From the human T2T-CHM13v2.0 reference genome, Homo sapiens: a DNA stretch of 64,000 nucleotides. Positions 14,062 through 28,395 of this stretch are shown piece after piece. Under the pieces are notes generated by a model. The model saw only the letters and a program-made list of their open reading frames with translations. It made no database searches and was not told the origin of the DNA. Position 1 is the stretch's first letter; each line of letters opens with the position of its first letter. Both the position numbers and the translations under genes were made by a program. The stretch lies in the NCBI RefSeq assembly GCF_009914755.1, contig NC_060947.1; one strand, given 5' to 3'.

Positions 14062-14492
14062 CAAGAAAGGAAAATAAAATCTCCAATTCACTATGCCAAA
14101 AGGAAAAAGTTAAGCTGAAAGCTGAGTCGTGCAAGAAATGGCCTTTCCTTTTGTTCCTAAGCCAATAGCTACAAATAAAAGGTTAAATACCTCCACAGGT
14201 AGCTACTCTATGTTCACCTTATCTTATGGAAAGTGCCGATTTACTGAGTATGAGATTAATACGTAATTGACTATTCCTCTATTTGCTCCTTTTGTCTTGC
14301 AACCTGTGGATTCAGTAATGCCACCATACCTTCCTTCTTTCCCCTCCAGCCTGCTCTTCCCCTTTAAATACTGAAGCCCTCAAAATTATCTTTGGAGAAA
14401 GACACAGACCTCCATCCCAGACATGTCCTTAACCTTGGCAAAATAAACTTCCAAATTGATTGAGACCCATCTCAGGTATTTTTTGGTTTACA
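14062..14492 (+). mobile_element. 3' LTR of MER4-family provirus
   Basis: Homologous to 6972-7399 with the initial TG degenerate; followed by TSD ACAT. Confidence 0.9.
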
Positions 14493-14844
14493 ACATGTAC
14501 TAAATATTCAAAGGTAGACTCTTCATAATAGTCTCAAAGTGGAAACTATCCAATAATCATAAACAGTAAAATGAATAAATTTTATTATATCCACAATGGA
14601 TTATTTAACACAGCAATGAGAATAAATGATCCTTGACTACACTCTATAACATAAGTGAATCTCACAAAAGTAATCTGGGTGAAAGAAGCTAGGAAAAAGA
14701 GTACGTAGTATATGATTCCATTTTTATGTAGGATTAAAAGGGGCAAAACATGCTGTTAGAAGTTAAGAGTAGTGGTTACCCTTGGTCAGGAGTGGAAAGC
14801 TGTGACTGGCAGGGAAAATGAGGGGACTTCTGGGATGTAGGTAA

Positions 14845-15199
14845 ATTTTTTTTTTTTTAAACAGAAAACAGTTTATTGAGTAGCGAAGCCAGATTACAGT
14901 GGGTTATAGAATTTAGAGGGTGGTAGAGAATTATATATGTGCAAATATTGTGTTGTCATCTAAGGCAAATCCGATATTTATTGGTTAAATTTATAGACTT
15001 TTCTTTCTCCCTGAACTACTCAAATGTAGTTATTTACTCCACTTCAGTGCTCAGTTCTGTGCTCTTTTCTAGATACTCACTGAGTGAGCTCATACATTCT
15101 CATGGTTTTAACTGCTTATATGCGAATGATTTCCAAATTGACATTGTCAGTCTTTTTTCCTCAAACTTCAAATTCTTACAGTCCATTGCATAGCACACA
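14845..15199 (-). mobile_element. L1-mediated retro-insertion of a non-L1, non-Alu RNA 3' end (orphan transduction or truncated retrocopy)
   Basis: Poly(T) at 14846-14858 with tttatt (AATAAA on the - strand) ~14 nt away. Flanking direct repeat gatg(t/c)aggtaa at 14834-14844 and 15200-15210. It interrupts an otherwise contiguous L1 3' UTR and contains an L2-like piece at ~15040-15190. Confidence 0.75.
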
Positions 15200-16689
15200 G
15201 ATGCAGGTAATGTTTTGTTTCTTGATCTGAGTACTATTAAGTAGTTATAAGGATAGCTTTAGCTTGTGAAAATCCATCTAGCTATATACTTTTGATATGT
15301 ACTCTTTTCTGTATGTATAGTATATACTTCAATAAAAGGCTATTTTTAAATGTATGTGATAGACCACAAGTCATATGCTATCATTGCTTCCATTTGCATT
15401 TCTTTGATTTTTACAGAGATGGAACATTTTTTCATATGTTTATTGGCACTTTGCACTGTTTTCTTTTTCACATTATTTATTTATGTTTTTACTAATTTTT
15501 ATATGAGGATATTTGCCTTTTTATCTTTGACATAAAAGCCAAGAATATTAACTTTTTGTCATTTATGTTGCAAATATCTTTTCATTTGTCATTTTCCTGG
15601 CATAGAAAAGTGCTTAATTTATTTTTATGTAATCAATTCTATCAATCATTTCCTTCATAATTTCTTAGTTTTCGCTTATGCTTAAGTAACTCAAATGTCC
15701 TCAGACCTCTTTAGTTTGTGAGTACAAACACAATCACCGTAACACTTCCAGTTTTTTTATTTGTAGCTCCCACCTACTGAATTGGAGGACCTCAGTCTCT
15801 ACCTTGTTTTTGCACACTCCCATGTCCCCCAAGTTATTTTTGGGACTCCCTGTGCTCCGCAGCCTCCTTGTTGAGAAGGGTATTTGTATCTCTCAAACTT
15901 CTGAGGGTGCCACTTCACCAGGCATGACCTCTGCTGCGTACCTTACTCTGGTACTGCCTCCTGATGTTCTTAGGGACTCACACCCTGGAGTGAAGGTAGA
16001 TGCTCTTCAGTCCTAACCATGCTGCAGCCCTATGTGGTCCAGAAATGGGGAGAACGTCACTTGCTCCCTAAACAGCGTGCTGTATGATCATTAAGTCGAT
16101 ATATATAAATAGAAAATTACCTCTGTCATCGTGGTTTTCAAACTCATTAGCATCAAAATGTGTATCATTTTATAAGTTTTTTGTGTAAAGTGTTTTACCC
16201 AACAAACAGCTGGCTTTGGTTTTTCCATGATGGCTTTAGTGACTCATGAGCAGGCTTGCTAGTTTATAAACATAACTTTGTAAGTGGCAGGAAGGTAGAA
16301 ACTGCTTAGACTCTTCTAAGAAGCCTGTATTCTTGAACATTTATTTACTTCATCTCTGAAATTAAGCTTACAGTGTCTACAATGAGTAATTAATATATCC
16401 ATTTGTGCAAAGTAGTGTTGATAAGAATAACAGGCATTTCTGAGCATTTATTTAATAAAATAACTTTATGCTTTAAAAAAGTCTATATTGCAATCAAAGC
16501 TTTTAAAGTATTAAGGAGGCTAAAAATGGCAAATTGAGTACAAGAATCTTAAGAAACTGTAGATGAAATGCTATATGTAGGTTTAAAATATTAGTAAAAA
16601 TGCATTAGTATTTTTATCAACTACTCTAAGATCTGCCATTTTATGTTATGCCAGTTTTTATATTTTCATCCATATTTAATTGTATGTTT

Positions 16690-18881
<2,192 letters not shown>

Positions 18882-18943
18882 TAAACTTTGATAGCTTTAA
18901 TCATTTTGTTTTAGGCTTATCTCTTTTAAATAGCGTATGTTTT

Positions 18944-19271
<328 letters not shown>

Positions 19272-19304
19272 TTATTTCAATATAAGAATCTTTGTTTTTG
19301 TTTA

Positions 19305-19425
19305 AATAATGACTATGTGAGGTAATTCATATGTTAATTAGCTCAATTTGGCCATTTGACAGTGTATGCATATTTCAAAACATGTTGTACACCATAAATA
19401 TATACAATACTTACTGGCCAATTTT
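19305..19425 (+). mobile_element. Short L1MA/MB 3' end
   Basis: actatgtgaggt...tatgttaattagctc...gttgtacaccataaatatatacaat. Confidence 0.75.
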
Positions 19426-19606
19426 AGAAAGAATCTTTACTTTTAAAATATAGGTGCTTAACTCGTAAATATTTGTTGTTATGTCTGCTGGGTTTGCTCT
19501 TACCTTTGCTATTTTTTTCTTATGGTTCCTTTGTTTTATTTAATTTACTTTTCTTTTGTTACATAGACTTGTTTCTTTGCTTTTTCCTTTCCAGGAATTT
19601 GGAACA

Positions 19607-19782
19607 CAGAATATTTTATAAATTCTTCTTATTTTTCACATTTCAATATTTCTAGAATTAAAATACATCTTATAATTTAGGATATGCCATAGTTTAATTT
19701 GCAACAGTTTTTCTTTCTTAACGGTACAGAAAAAAGATGTTTCTCAAAAATGGTGTCACCCTTAGGTTAGATGACATACAGT
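19607..19782 (+). mobile_element. MER104-like TcMar-Tc2 MITE
   Basis: tttttcacatttcaat...catcttataat...catagtttaatttgcaac...tctttcttaacggtaca...gatgacatacagta. Confidence 0.65.
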
Positions 19783-19873
19783 ATGTCCCATTTTTATTTG
19801 TCTTTACCTTATTTTTTTCAAAGGATTTGGAAAACATATTTTTCTAATTGAGTCAAAAACAAAATGACATTTT

Positions 19874-21909
19874 ATTTAATTAATTTTTCTAGCTTTCTTA
19901 AGGTATAATTGACAAATAAAAATTGTATACATTCAAAGTGTACAATATGATGTTTTTATATATGTATATATTGTGAAATGATTATGACTATCAAGCTAAT
20001 TAATATATTCTTCACCTCATATGGTTACCTTTCTTTTTATGTGTGTGGTGAGAACATTTAAGATCTACTCTATTAGCAAATTTCAGGTATACAATATTAT
20101 TAACTATAGTTACCACACTGTGCATTCATTCTCCACAATTTATTCATTTTAATGGCTTATTTCATTAACATAATGTCCTCCAGGTTCATCCATGTTGTCA
20201 CAAATGATAGGATTTCCTTCTTTATAATAAGCAAATAATATTCCATTGTGTGTGTATATACATACATACATAGCACATTTTCTTTATTCATTCATATGTT
20301 GGCAAACATTTAGGTTGTTACCATATCTTGGCTATTGTGAATAATGCTGCAGTGAACACTTGAGTGCAGATATTTCTCCGAGATGCTGATTTTATATCCT
20401 TCGGACATACACCCAGAAGAGAGATTGCTGAATCATATGGTAGTTCTATTTTAAATTTTTTGAGAAAGTTCTACACTATTTTCCATTATGGCTGTACCAA
20501 TTATATTCCCAACAATAGTGAGAACAAATTTCCCTTTTTCCGCCCCCGACCATCATTTCTTTTTTTATTTGACATTTTTATTATTGATTTTTATTTTTTA
20601 TAATTACTTTTTAATTGACAATAATTGTGTATATTTATGGGATACAATGTGATATTTTAATCTATATGTATGTTATGGAAAGATTCAGTCAACCTAATTA
20701 ATATATCCATCACCTCACTGATTTATCATCTTTTTGTGGTGAGAATGTTAAAAAATCTATGTTAGCAATTTTGAAATATACAATACATTAATTGTATTGT
20801 CATCATGCAGTGCACTAGATCACTAAAACCTTTTCCTTAAGTCTAACTGAAACTTTATACCCTTTTATCAACATCTTTCCTATCCCCATCCCTTCTCCTC
20901 CTCGCTAAGCCCCTAGTAATCACCTTTCTACACTGGACAGATCATCTAGACAGCAAATCAATAAGAAAATATTGGACTTGAACTATATGTTAGACTAGAC
21001 ACTTGTTACCTTTTAACTTTTTGGATAATTGCCACCCTAATGGGTATGAGATTATATCTCATTGTGGTTTTAATTTTCATTTCTCTGATGATTAGTGATA
21101 TTGAGCATCTTGTCATATAATTCTTGGCCATTTTATGTCTTCTTTGAAAAAATGTTTACTCAGGTCCTTTGCCCATTTGTAATCAGGTTATTTGTTATTT
21201 TCACTATTGAGTTGTATGAGTTCCTTACATATTTTTAACTGACCCCTTATTGAATATATGGTTTGCAAATATTTTTCCCATTCCATGTGTTGCCTTTTAA
21301 TTTTGTTGATTTTTTTTCTTTTGTTGTGCAGAAACATTTTAGTTTCGAGTAGTTCAATGTGATCCATATAAAAACTGTAATTACATTTTTCACAAAAATA
21401 GAAAAAAAATCTAAAATTTGTATGAAATCGCAAAAGACCCCAAGTAGCTAAACCAATTTTAAGCAAAAAGAACAAAGATGGAGGAATCACACTTCCTAAA
21501 TTAAAATTATATTACAAAGCTAGAGTAATCAAAACAGCATGGTACTGGCATAAAAACGGACACAGAGAACAGTGGAACATAGAAAGCCCAGAAATAAACC
21601 CATGCACATACGGTCAACTAATGTTTCACAAAGGCACCAGGAATACACAGTGGAGAAAAGATAGTCTCTTCAATAAGTGGTTTTGGGCAAACTAGATATC
21701 CACATGTTAAAAAAAATGAAATTGTATCATCAAACCATACACAAAAATCAACTCAAAATGAGTGAAAGCCTTAAATGTAAGGCCTGAAATTGTAAAACTC
21801 CTAGAAGAAAACAGGGGAAATGCTCCAAGACATTAGTCTTGACAATAATTTTTTTGGACATGACATTGAAAGCACAGGCAGCAAAGGCAAAAACAAACAG
21901 GTGGGACTA
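19874..21909 (-). mobile_element. L1MA element with 5' inversion; contains a nested L1 at ~20555-20997
   Basis: Antisense from 19874 to ~21352, sense from ~21355 to 21909. The two arms are contiguous in L1 coordinates. TSD a(a/g)atgacatttt at 19862-19873 and 21910-21921. Confidence 0.85.
20555..20997 (-). mobile_element. Nested L1MA 3' end with a short inverted ORF2-EN fragment (20931-20997)
   Basis: Second antisense L1 3' terminus (ttaattgacaataattgtgtatatttatgggatacaatgtg), then sense ctggacagatcatctagacagcaaatcaataag. Confidence 0.75.
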
Positions 21910-22829
21910 AGATGACATTTTAAATGTTTCCCTCCATTTAAAAATAAGAAACTTTTCAAAAGGCATTTACCACCTTCTTCTTTGATCCAATTACTTCTTA
22001 GTCTGAAGTCTTTATACCTCAATGGTTGCTATGGAAGTATTATTTTATATTATATATTTTGTCTTTTAAGAATGACTTTTGACTATTGCATATAGTTTTG
22101 CAACCAAATTCATAAGAATCATTTACATTAGTTTTTGGTTTAATAGGTTTGATGTTTCCTAATAGTCCTTTTGTTATACAACTTGCCTATTCTTGTCATA
22201 CTCATTTTCTTTACTTCTCAATTGGATAGAGTTTATTTTCAACCAAATTTTTCAGAAGTGCATATATAGTGAATATAGCTTTTGAACCTTTGCATATGTG
22301 AGCTGACTTTCTGTTGCCTATGCATCCATATATAACAACTATGCATCATATAAAATAAAGATCATATTCTTTTTCCTTCAAATATGTCTTCTAGTATTTT
22401 ACATTGCAGAAAAGGATTCTAAACCCAGCTTCGTTTTTGTTCTTTTTTCTTTTGTAATTTGTTTTTCATGTCTGGGTGTTTGTACAATTTCCTTTCCCCT
22501 TACAATGAAAAACAGAATGACCAAGATTGATATTTCTAGAGATGTAGTGAGCTCTCTATACCTGTAAATGTAGGGAATTAACTTTCATTGGGTGCCTCTT
22601 TAACATCCACTTCTTTCTCTCCTCTTCTTAAAATGACTCCACATGTCCTAGCTATTTGATTTGAGTAGATTATTGATATGAGACCTTTCTTCTTTTTAAA
22701 GATAAACATTTAATATTCTAAATTTTCATCTAAGAATTGCTTTAGCTGTACCCTACAAGTTTGATGTGTTAATTCAAAATATTTCCTTATTTCCATTGTG
22801 ACTTCCTATTTGACTCATATTTAAAAGCT

Positions 22830-23537
22830 TACGAAAACATCTTATAGATATAACACGTTATTTTAAAGAGATGAAACCTTATCTTAGATCACAAAGAATA
22901 GAACAAAAAAAATGCAAAAACTAGCTCTACTCTTTAACTCCACCCACACACAGTTTGGCTTTATGTTTTCTCAATTTTCATATTTTTAGTTTGCCTATCT
23001 CTTAACAGGTTTCTATAGATTTATCATTTGGGGCCCATATTAGAGTTATTTGTGGATTGCACATCACAATTACAGAGTTAGAGAATTATGCGTATGTCCA
23101 TGTACCAAATTTTACTAGTGGTTAGTGGTTCTTATACCTTAAATTTTCTTTCCTTTTTTTTTTTTTTTTTTTTTTGCATGTTAGTGTTTTTTTCTTTCAA
23201 ATTGAAGAACTCCCTTTAGCATTTTTTCTAAGATGGGTCTGGTGGCGATAAATTTTTTCAGTTTTTGTTTGTTTGGGAAATAATTTATCTTTCCTTAATA
23301 TTTGCAGATTAGCTTTGCTGGATGCAGTATTATTGGATGTTCTTTTTTTTTTCTTTCAGGACTTTGAAAATGTCAACCTACTCCCTCCTGACCTGTATGG
23401 TTTCCATTGAGAATACCAAATGAATTGGAGCTCCTTTAGGTTATTTGCTAATTTTCTCTTGCTGCTTTTAGGATCTTCTCTTTATCGTTGTCCTTTGAGA
23501 GTTTGATTATATCTTTTGAGGTAGTCTTATTTGGATC
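22830..23537 (-). mobile_element. L1 ORF1 / inter-ORF fragment
   Basis: ORF 23448-23753 ends IIKLSKDNDKEKILKAARE, an ORF1p motif. Confidence 0.8.
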
Positions 23538-25548
23538 ATACCAAAAATCAGTAGCATTTCTATATGCCAACAGTGAATAATCTGAAAAAAAAATAAAAGG
23601 GTAATCCCATTTATAATAACCATGAATAAAACTAAATACCTTGGAAATAAACTTAACCAAAGAAGTGAAAGATCTTTCTATAATGAAATCTATAAAAAAC
23701 TGATGAAAGAAATTGAGGAGGACACCAAACATGGAAAAATATTCCATGTTCATGGATTAGAAGATTCAATATTGTTAAAATGTTCGTACTACCCAAAGCA
23801 ATCTACAGATTCAATGTAATCCCTATCAAAATACCAATGTCATTCTTCACAGAAATGGAAAAAACAATCCTAAAATTTATGTAGAACCACAAAAGAACCA
23901 GAATAGCTAAAGCTGTCCTAAGCAAAAGGAACAAAACTGGAGGTATCACATTACCTGACTTCAAATTATACTACAGAACTATAGTAACCTAAACAACATG
24001 GTACTGGCATAACAAACACATAGACCAATGGAACAGAATAGAGAACCCAGAAACAAACCAAGACATCTAGAGTGAACTCATTTTCAACGAATGTGCCAAG
24101 AACCTACACTGGGGAAATACAGTCTCGTCAATAAATGGTACTGGGAAACCTGAATATACATATGTGGAAGAATGTAACTAGACCCTTATCTCTTTCCATA
24201 TACAAAAATCAAATCAAAATGAATTAAAGATTTAAATATAAGACCTCATACTATGAAACAACTGTAAGAAAACATTGGAGAAACTCTCTAGGACATTTGT
24301 CTGGGCAACAATTTATCGAGTAATATCACATAAGAACAGGCAACCAAAGCAAAAATGGACAAATGGAATCACATAAATTTAAAAAGCTTCTGTGCAGCAA
24401 AGGAAACAACAAAGTGAAAAGATAACCCACAGAATAGGAGAAAATATTTGCAAACTACTCATCTGACAAGGTATTAATAACCAGAATATTTAAGGAACTC
24501 AAACAACTCTATAAGAAAAAACTAATAATCCAGTTAAAAATGGGCAGAAGATTTGAACAGACATTTCTCAAAAGAAGATACACAAATGACAAACAGGCAT
24601 ATGAAACAGTGCTCAACATCATTGATCATCACAGAAATGCAAATCAAAACTGCAATGAGATGTCATCTCACCCCAGTTAAAATAGCTTATATCCAAAAGA
24701 TAGGCAACAGCAAATGCTGGCAAGGACGTGGAAAAAAGGAAACCCTCATACACCGTTGGTAGGAATGTAAATTAGTACAACCACTGTGGAAAACAGTTTG
24801 GAGGTTTCTCGAAAAACTGTAAATTGAGCTACCATACAGTTTAGCAATCCCATTCCTAGTATATACCCAAAGAAAGGAAATCAGGATATTGAAGAGGTAT
24901 CTGCACCTCCATGTTTATTGCAGCCCTATTCACAATAGCCAAGATTTGGAAGCAACCTAAGTGTTCATCAAGAGATGAATAAATAAAGAAAATATGATAC
25001 TTACACAGAATGGAGTACTATTCAGCCATAAAAAGAATGAGATCCTGTAATTTGCGACAACATGGATGGGACTGGAGGTCACTATGCTAAGTGAATTGAG
25101 CCAGGCACAGAAAGACAAACATCACATGTTCTCACTTATTTGTGGGAGCTATAAATCAAAGCAATTGAACTAATGGAGACAGAGAGTAGAATGATGGTTA
25201 CCAGAGGCTGGGAAGGATAGTGGGTGAGTTGGGGAGGTGGGGATGGTTAATAGGTAACAAAAAAATTAGTTCAAAAGAATGAATAAGATCTAGTATTTGG
25301 TATCACAACAGGGTAAATATAGTCAATAATAATTTAGCTGTACATTTTAAAATAACTAAAAGAGTATAATTGGATTGTTTGTAATACAAAGGATAAATAT
25401 TGAGGGATGGATATCATATTTCCCGTGATATGATTATTACGCATTGCATGCCTGTATCAAAACAGCTCATGTACCCCTTAAATAAATATACCTACTATGT
25501 ACCCAGAAACATTAAAAATAAGAGGTTTTTTAAAAAATAAAAATAAAT
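23538..25548 (+). mobile_element. L1MA (L1MA2/3-like) ORF2 C-terminal part, 3' UTR and A-tail
   Basis: ORF2 fragments ([32 protein letters not shown]), L1MA-type 3' UTR and A-rich tail at ~25532-25548. Confidence 0.92.
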
Positions 25549-26271
25549 AACAGTCACATTACCGGGGCCCAAATGAATGAAATTTTCAAAATAGTATTTT
25601 CAAATCAAAATGCAAATAGGCTAATTTCCTAGATCCAAGTGCATGCATTTTTTTCTTCCTCTTTATTATACATCTGCTTTTTCTTAAATTTTAGCTTTTA
25701 AAGGTTCATTTGACTGTCAGGCTCTATTTTATTACAGGCTCTTATAAATGGTTTCCTCACTGTTCTAAGAACAGGTTATTTCTCCTGCATTATTCTCTGT
25801 GGGAACAGTTTCCTGCAGTTTGCTGAGAATTGCTGTTTAGTTGATGACATTTTCACTTCTGCCTGGGTCTTGCTTCACAGTACCAAGCTGAAAATTACCT
25901 CTCAACTTAAAGTCATCGGTTTAAGAATTTGATATTTCCAGAAAAACCATTCCCAATACCCACTCTCTCCTTCCTCTTTTCACCCAGGTCCCCTTTCTGC
26001 ATTTCTACTTTGTGGATTAGAGCCTGACAGTTACAACAGACTTTGGAGTTTAAACTTTGTATCACAATTTGGTGTTCTTTTGATTACATGTTTAAGGTTC
26101 TTCTGCCTTTCCATAAAGCTAGGATTTTACACTCCCTCTCGGGAATACCCTTTTATTTTAGTCTTTGTTAAATGAGATTATACCAAAGTTATGTGCTTAA
26201 TATAGCTGTTCATCAATATAATATGAATGTCAGGTAAAATCCTAAATGTAAGAAAATATAGCTTCAGTAAC

Positions 26272-26772
26272 TATATCAGTCAAAATCTAGTCAAGAAAAA
26301 GAAATTCCACCAAGTAGTTTAATTGAAGGCATTTAATAGTGGTGATTAAATGGCAAAAGTGTTAGAAGAGCCTGAAGAGCAAATTAAAGAAGCACCCCTA
26401 GGGCTGAAGGCACTATGAAAAAGATAATGTTAACAGAACACAGGAGCCAAGGCCACCTCGAGGGGACAGAATCATGACAGGAGCCTCCCAGCAAAAGCTG
26501 GGGCCATGGAGGGACACAATCACCAATTATTGCGAGGGATACCACCTAAAGAAGGATTGGGGGATAGGCGGGAGATTGAGCTGGCAAGCATGAATGAGCA
26601 TGGGAGAAATACATTGGTTTCCCCCTCTTTTATCTCTAGTCTTTTACCAGGGCCTCCCACTAATTGAATCTAACCAGAAGCCTGGGCAGTATAATTTGCA
26701 CCCTTCAAACCACCATGATACAGAGCAAAGCAAGGGAAAAATGGGGAGTGGATTGGAAAAACAAATACACAG
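26272..26772 (-). mobile_element. Old ERVL-class LTR (LTR33/LTR78-like)
   Basis: tatcagtcaaaatctagtcaagaaa...atttaatag and ggcctcccactaattgaatctaaccagaagcc...gagtggattggaaaaacaaat. Confidence 0.55.
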
Positions 26773-26884
26773 TAATGGTAATCACTTTGTTGAGCCTACT
26801 CCAGCCATAGAGGTTATTAGCAAAGGTGAAGAAGTGGGTGTTTGACAGATAAGAGATGTCTTGGGTAGGAGAGCTGCATTCTTT

Positions 26885-28090
26885 GTAGAATCAAGTACTT
26901 ACATGCTGTTCACTATGGATGGGACAGGAAACAGAATGAACAACCCTTGCACTTAGAAAGCTAATAGCCTAGCAGGAGAGTCAGGCCATTAAAATCTATA
27001 ATAAACTTATATATATATACACAAAATAATGTATATTATATATTACTTATATTAGACTACTATATAGGTATAGTAATGTATAATATAAAATATTTATTAT
27101 GTATTTATAATAGATAAGGCACTATGGGAACATATAGTTGGGAGACCTAATCTCCTGGGACAATCAGAAGGTTTCCTGGAGGAAATAATTAAGAATGAGT
27201 GGGAGATGGAAGCAGAAAATGAAAAGTACAAGAAAGGGAGGAGATGAATTCAGACCAAGGAACAGCATGCACATTGTGGCTTGAAGTGGGAAGAGAGGAA
27301 ATGCTGAGACAGAACAATGGCTGTGGGGAGAAGCAGGGGATGTTGCTGGAATTGGAACTGGGGAGGAAGGCTAGATGATGTCACAAAGGGCTTTGTGGGC
27401 TGTGTTGGAGTTTAGACCTTATGCTAAAGGAGATAGGATGTTGCTGAAAGGTTTGAACTAGGGAAATAACAATCAGATTTATGGTTTAGAAAGGTCGTTC
27501 CAGACTGGTGGTTGGGAGAGCAGGTAGGACATTATCTAGGTGAAAGAGGATGCTACCCTGGACCAGTATAGTGAATGAGGGTGAAGAAAAGTTCTAGAGA
27601 TACTTGGAAGGTTGAAACAGCAATGCTTTAATTGGTGATTGATTGGCTATATGGGTAGGGTTAATAGGAGAGAAGGATTACGTTTGGGTCCCGGATAGAT
27701 AACAGTGCTGGCTGTTAAAATGAAGAACACAGTCAGTGAGGCAATCTGGATGGTTACGAATCAAGGGCTGGGCAAACATTTTCTGTAAAGGGTCAGATAG
27801 CAAATATTTTGAGCATGGTGGGCCAAAGAGCCTCTGTTGCAACTACTCAGCTCTGCCATTTTAGTGTGAAAACAGATGTAGACAATATGTAAACAAGTGG
27901 GTATGGCTGTGTCCAAATAAAACTTTTCAAAAACAGTTGGTGGGCCAGGCGCCATAGTTTGCCTACCCCTGGTTAAGAAGTGAGTTTCCTATTGTATTTT
28001 AAGTGAGTTTCCTGGTTAAGAAGTGAGTTTCCTTGCATTTAAGGGGATAGAAGACATCCAGGTAGAGATGTTGAGTAGACTCTAGGCATG
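26885..28090 (-). mobile_element. L2 fragments (MER58A inserted)
   Basis: Purine-rich antisense L2 signature: aggtttcctggaggaa, ggagtttagaccttatgcta, gacatccaggtagagatgttgagtag. Confidence 0.7.
27762..27971 (+). mobile_element. MER58A hAT-Charlie MITE
   Basis: ggcaaacattttctgtaaagggtcagatag...caactactcagctctgcc...catagtttgcctacccctg. TSD-like gttacgaa / gttaagaa. Confidence 0.9.
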
Positions 28091-28338
28091 GGAGGGAGTC
28101 CTCCTACTCCTCTCTTGGCCTCATCTTCCACCCTGTTAAAAAAAGTAGCTACAAAAGCTCAAAACCAAACTTCATTACAAAATGGTTATCTTCCTGTGGG
28201 ATAGCTATTAGAAGTTTTTTTGGGGGTGGGGGGACAGGGGCAGGGAGGAGAAGAAGGTTGACTCTTAAGAAAACCCAGTACCTTATATTTTGACTTTTTT
28301 TTCCTGCCTTTTTGTTTCTCCTTCTATTCTTATACCAG

Positions 28339-28395
28339 ATGCTTCATATGTACATCATTTAGTTATTGTGCTAATACTATTATTTTCTCTTGTTG
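28339..28395 (+). other. Candidate internal exon (57 nt)
   Basis: ~45-nt polypyrimidine tract plus CAG acceptor, and TTG|GTAAGA donor, in unique DNA. One open frame reads (D)ASYVHHLVIVLILLFSLV. No transcript evidence is available. Confidence 0.5.
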
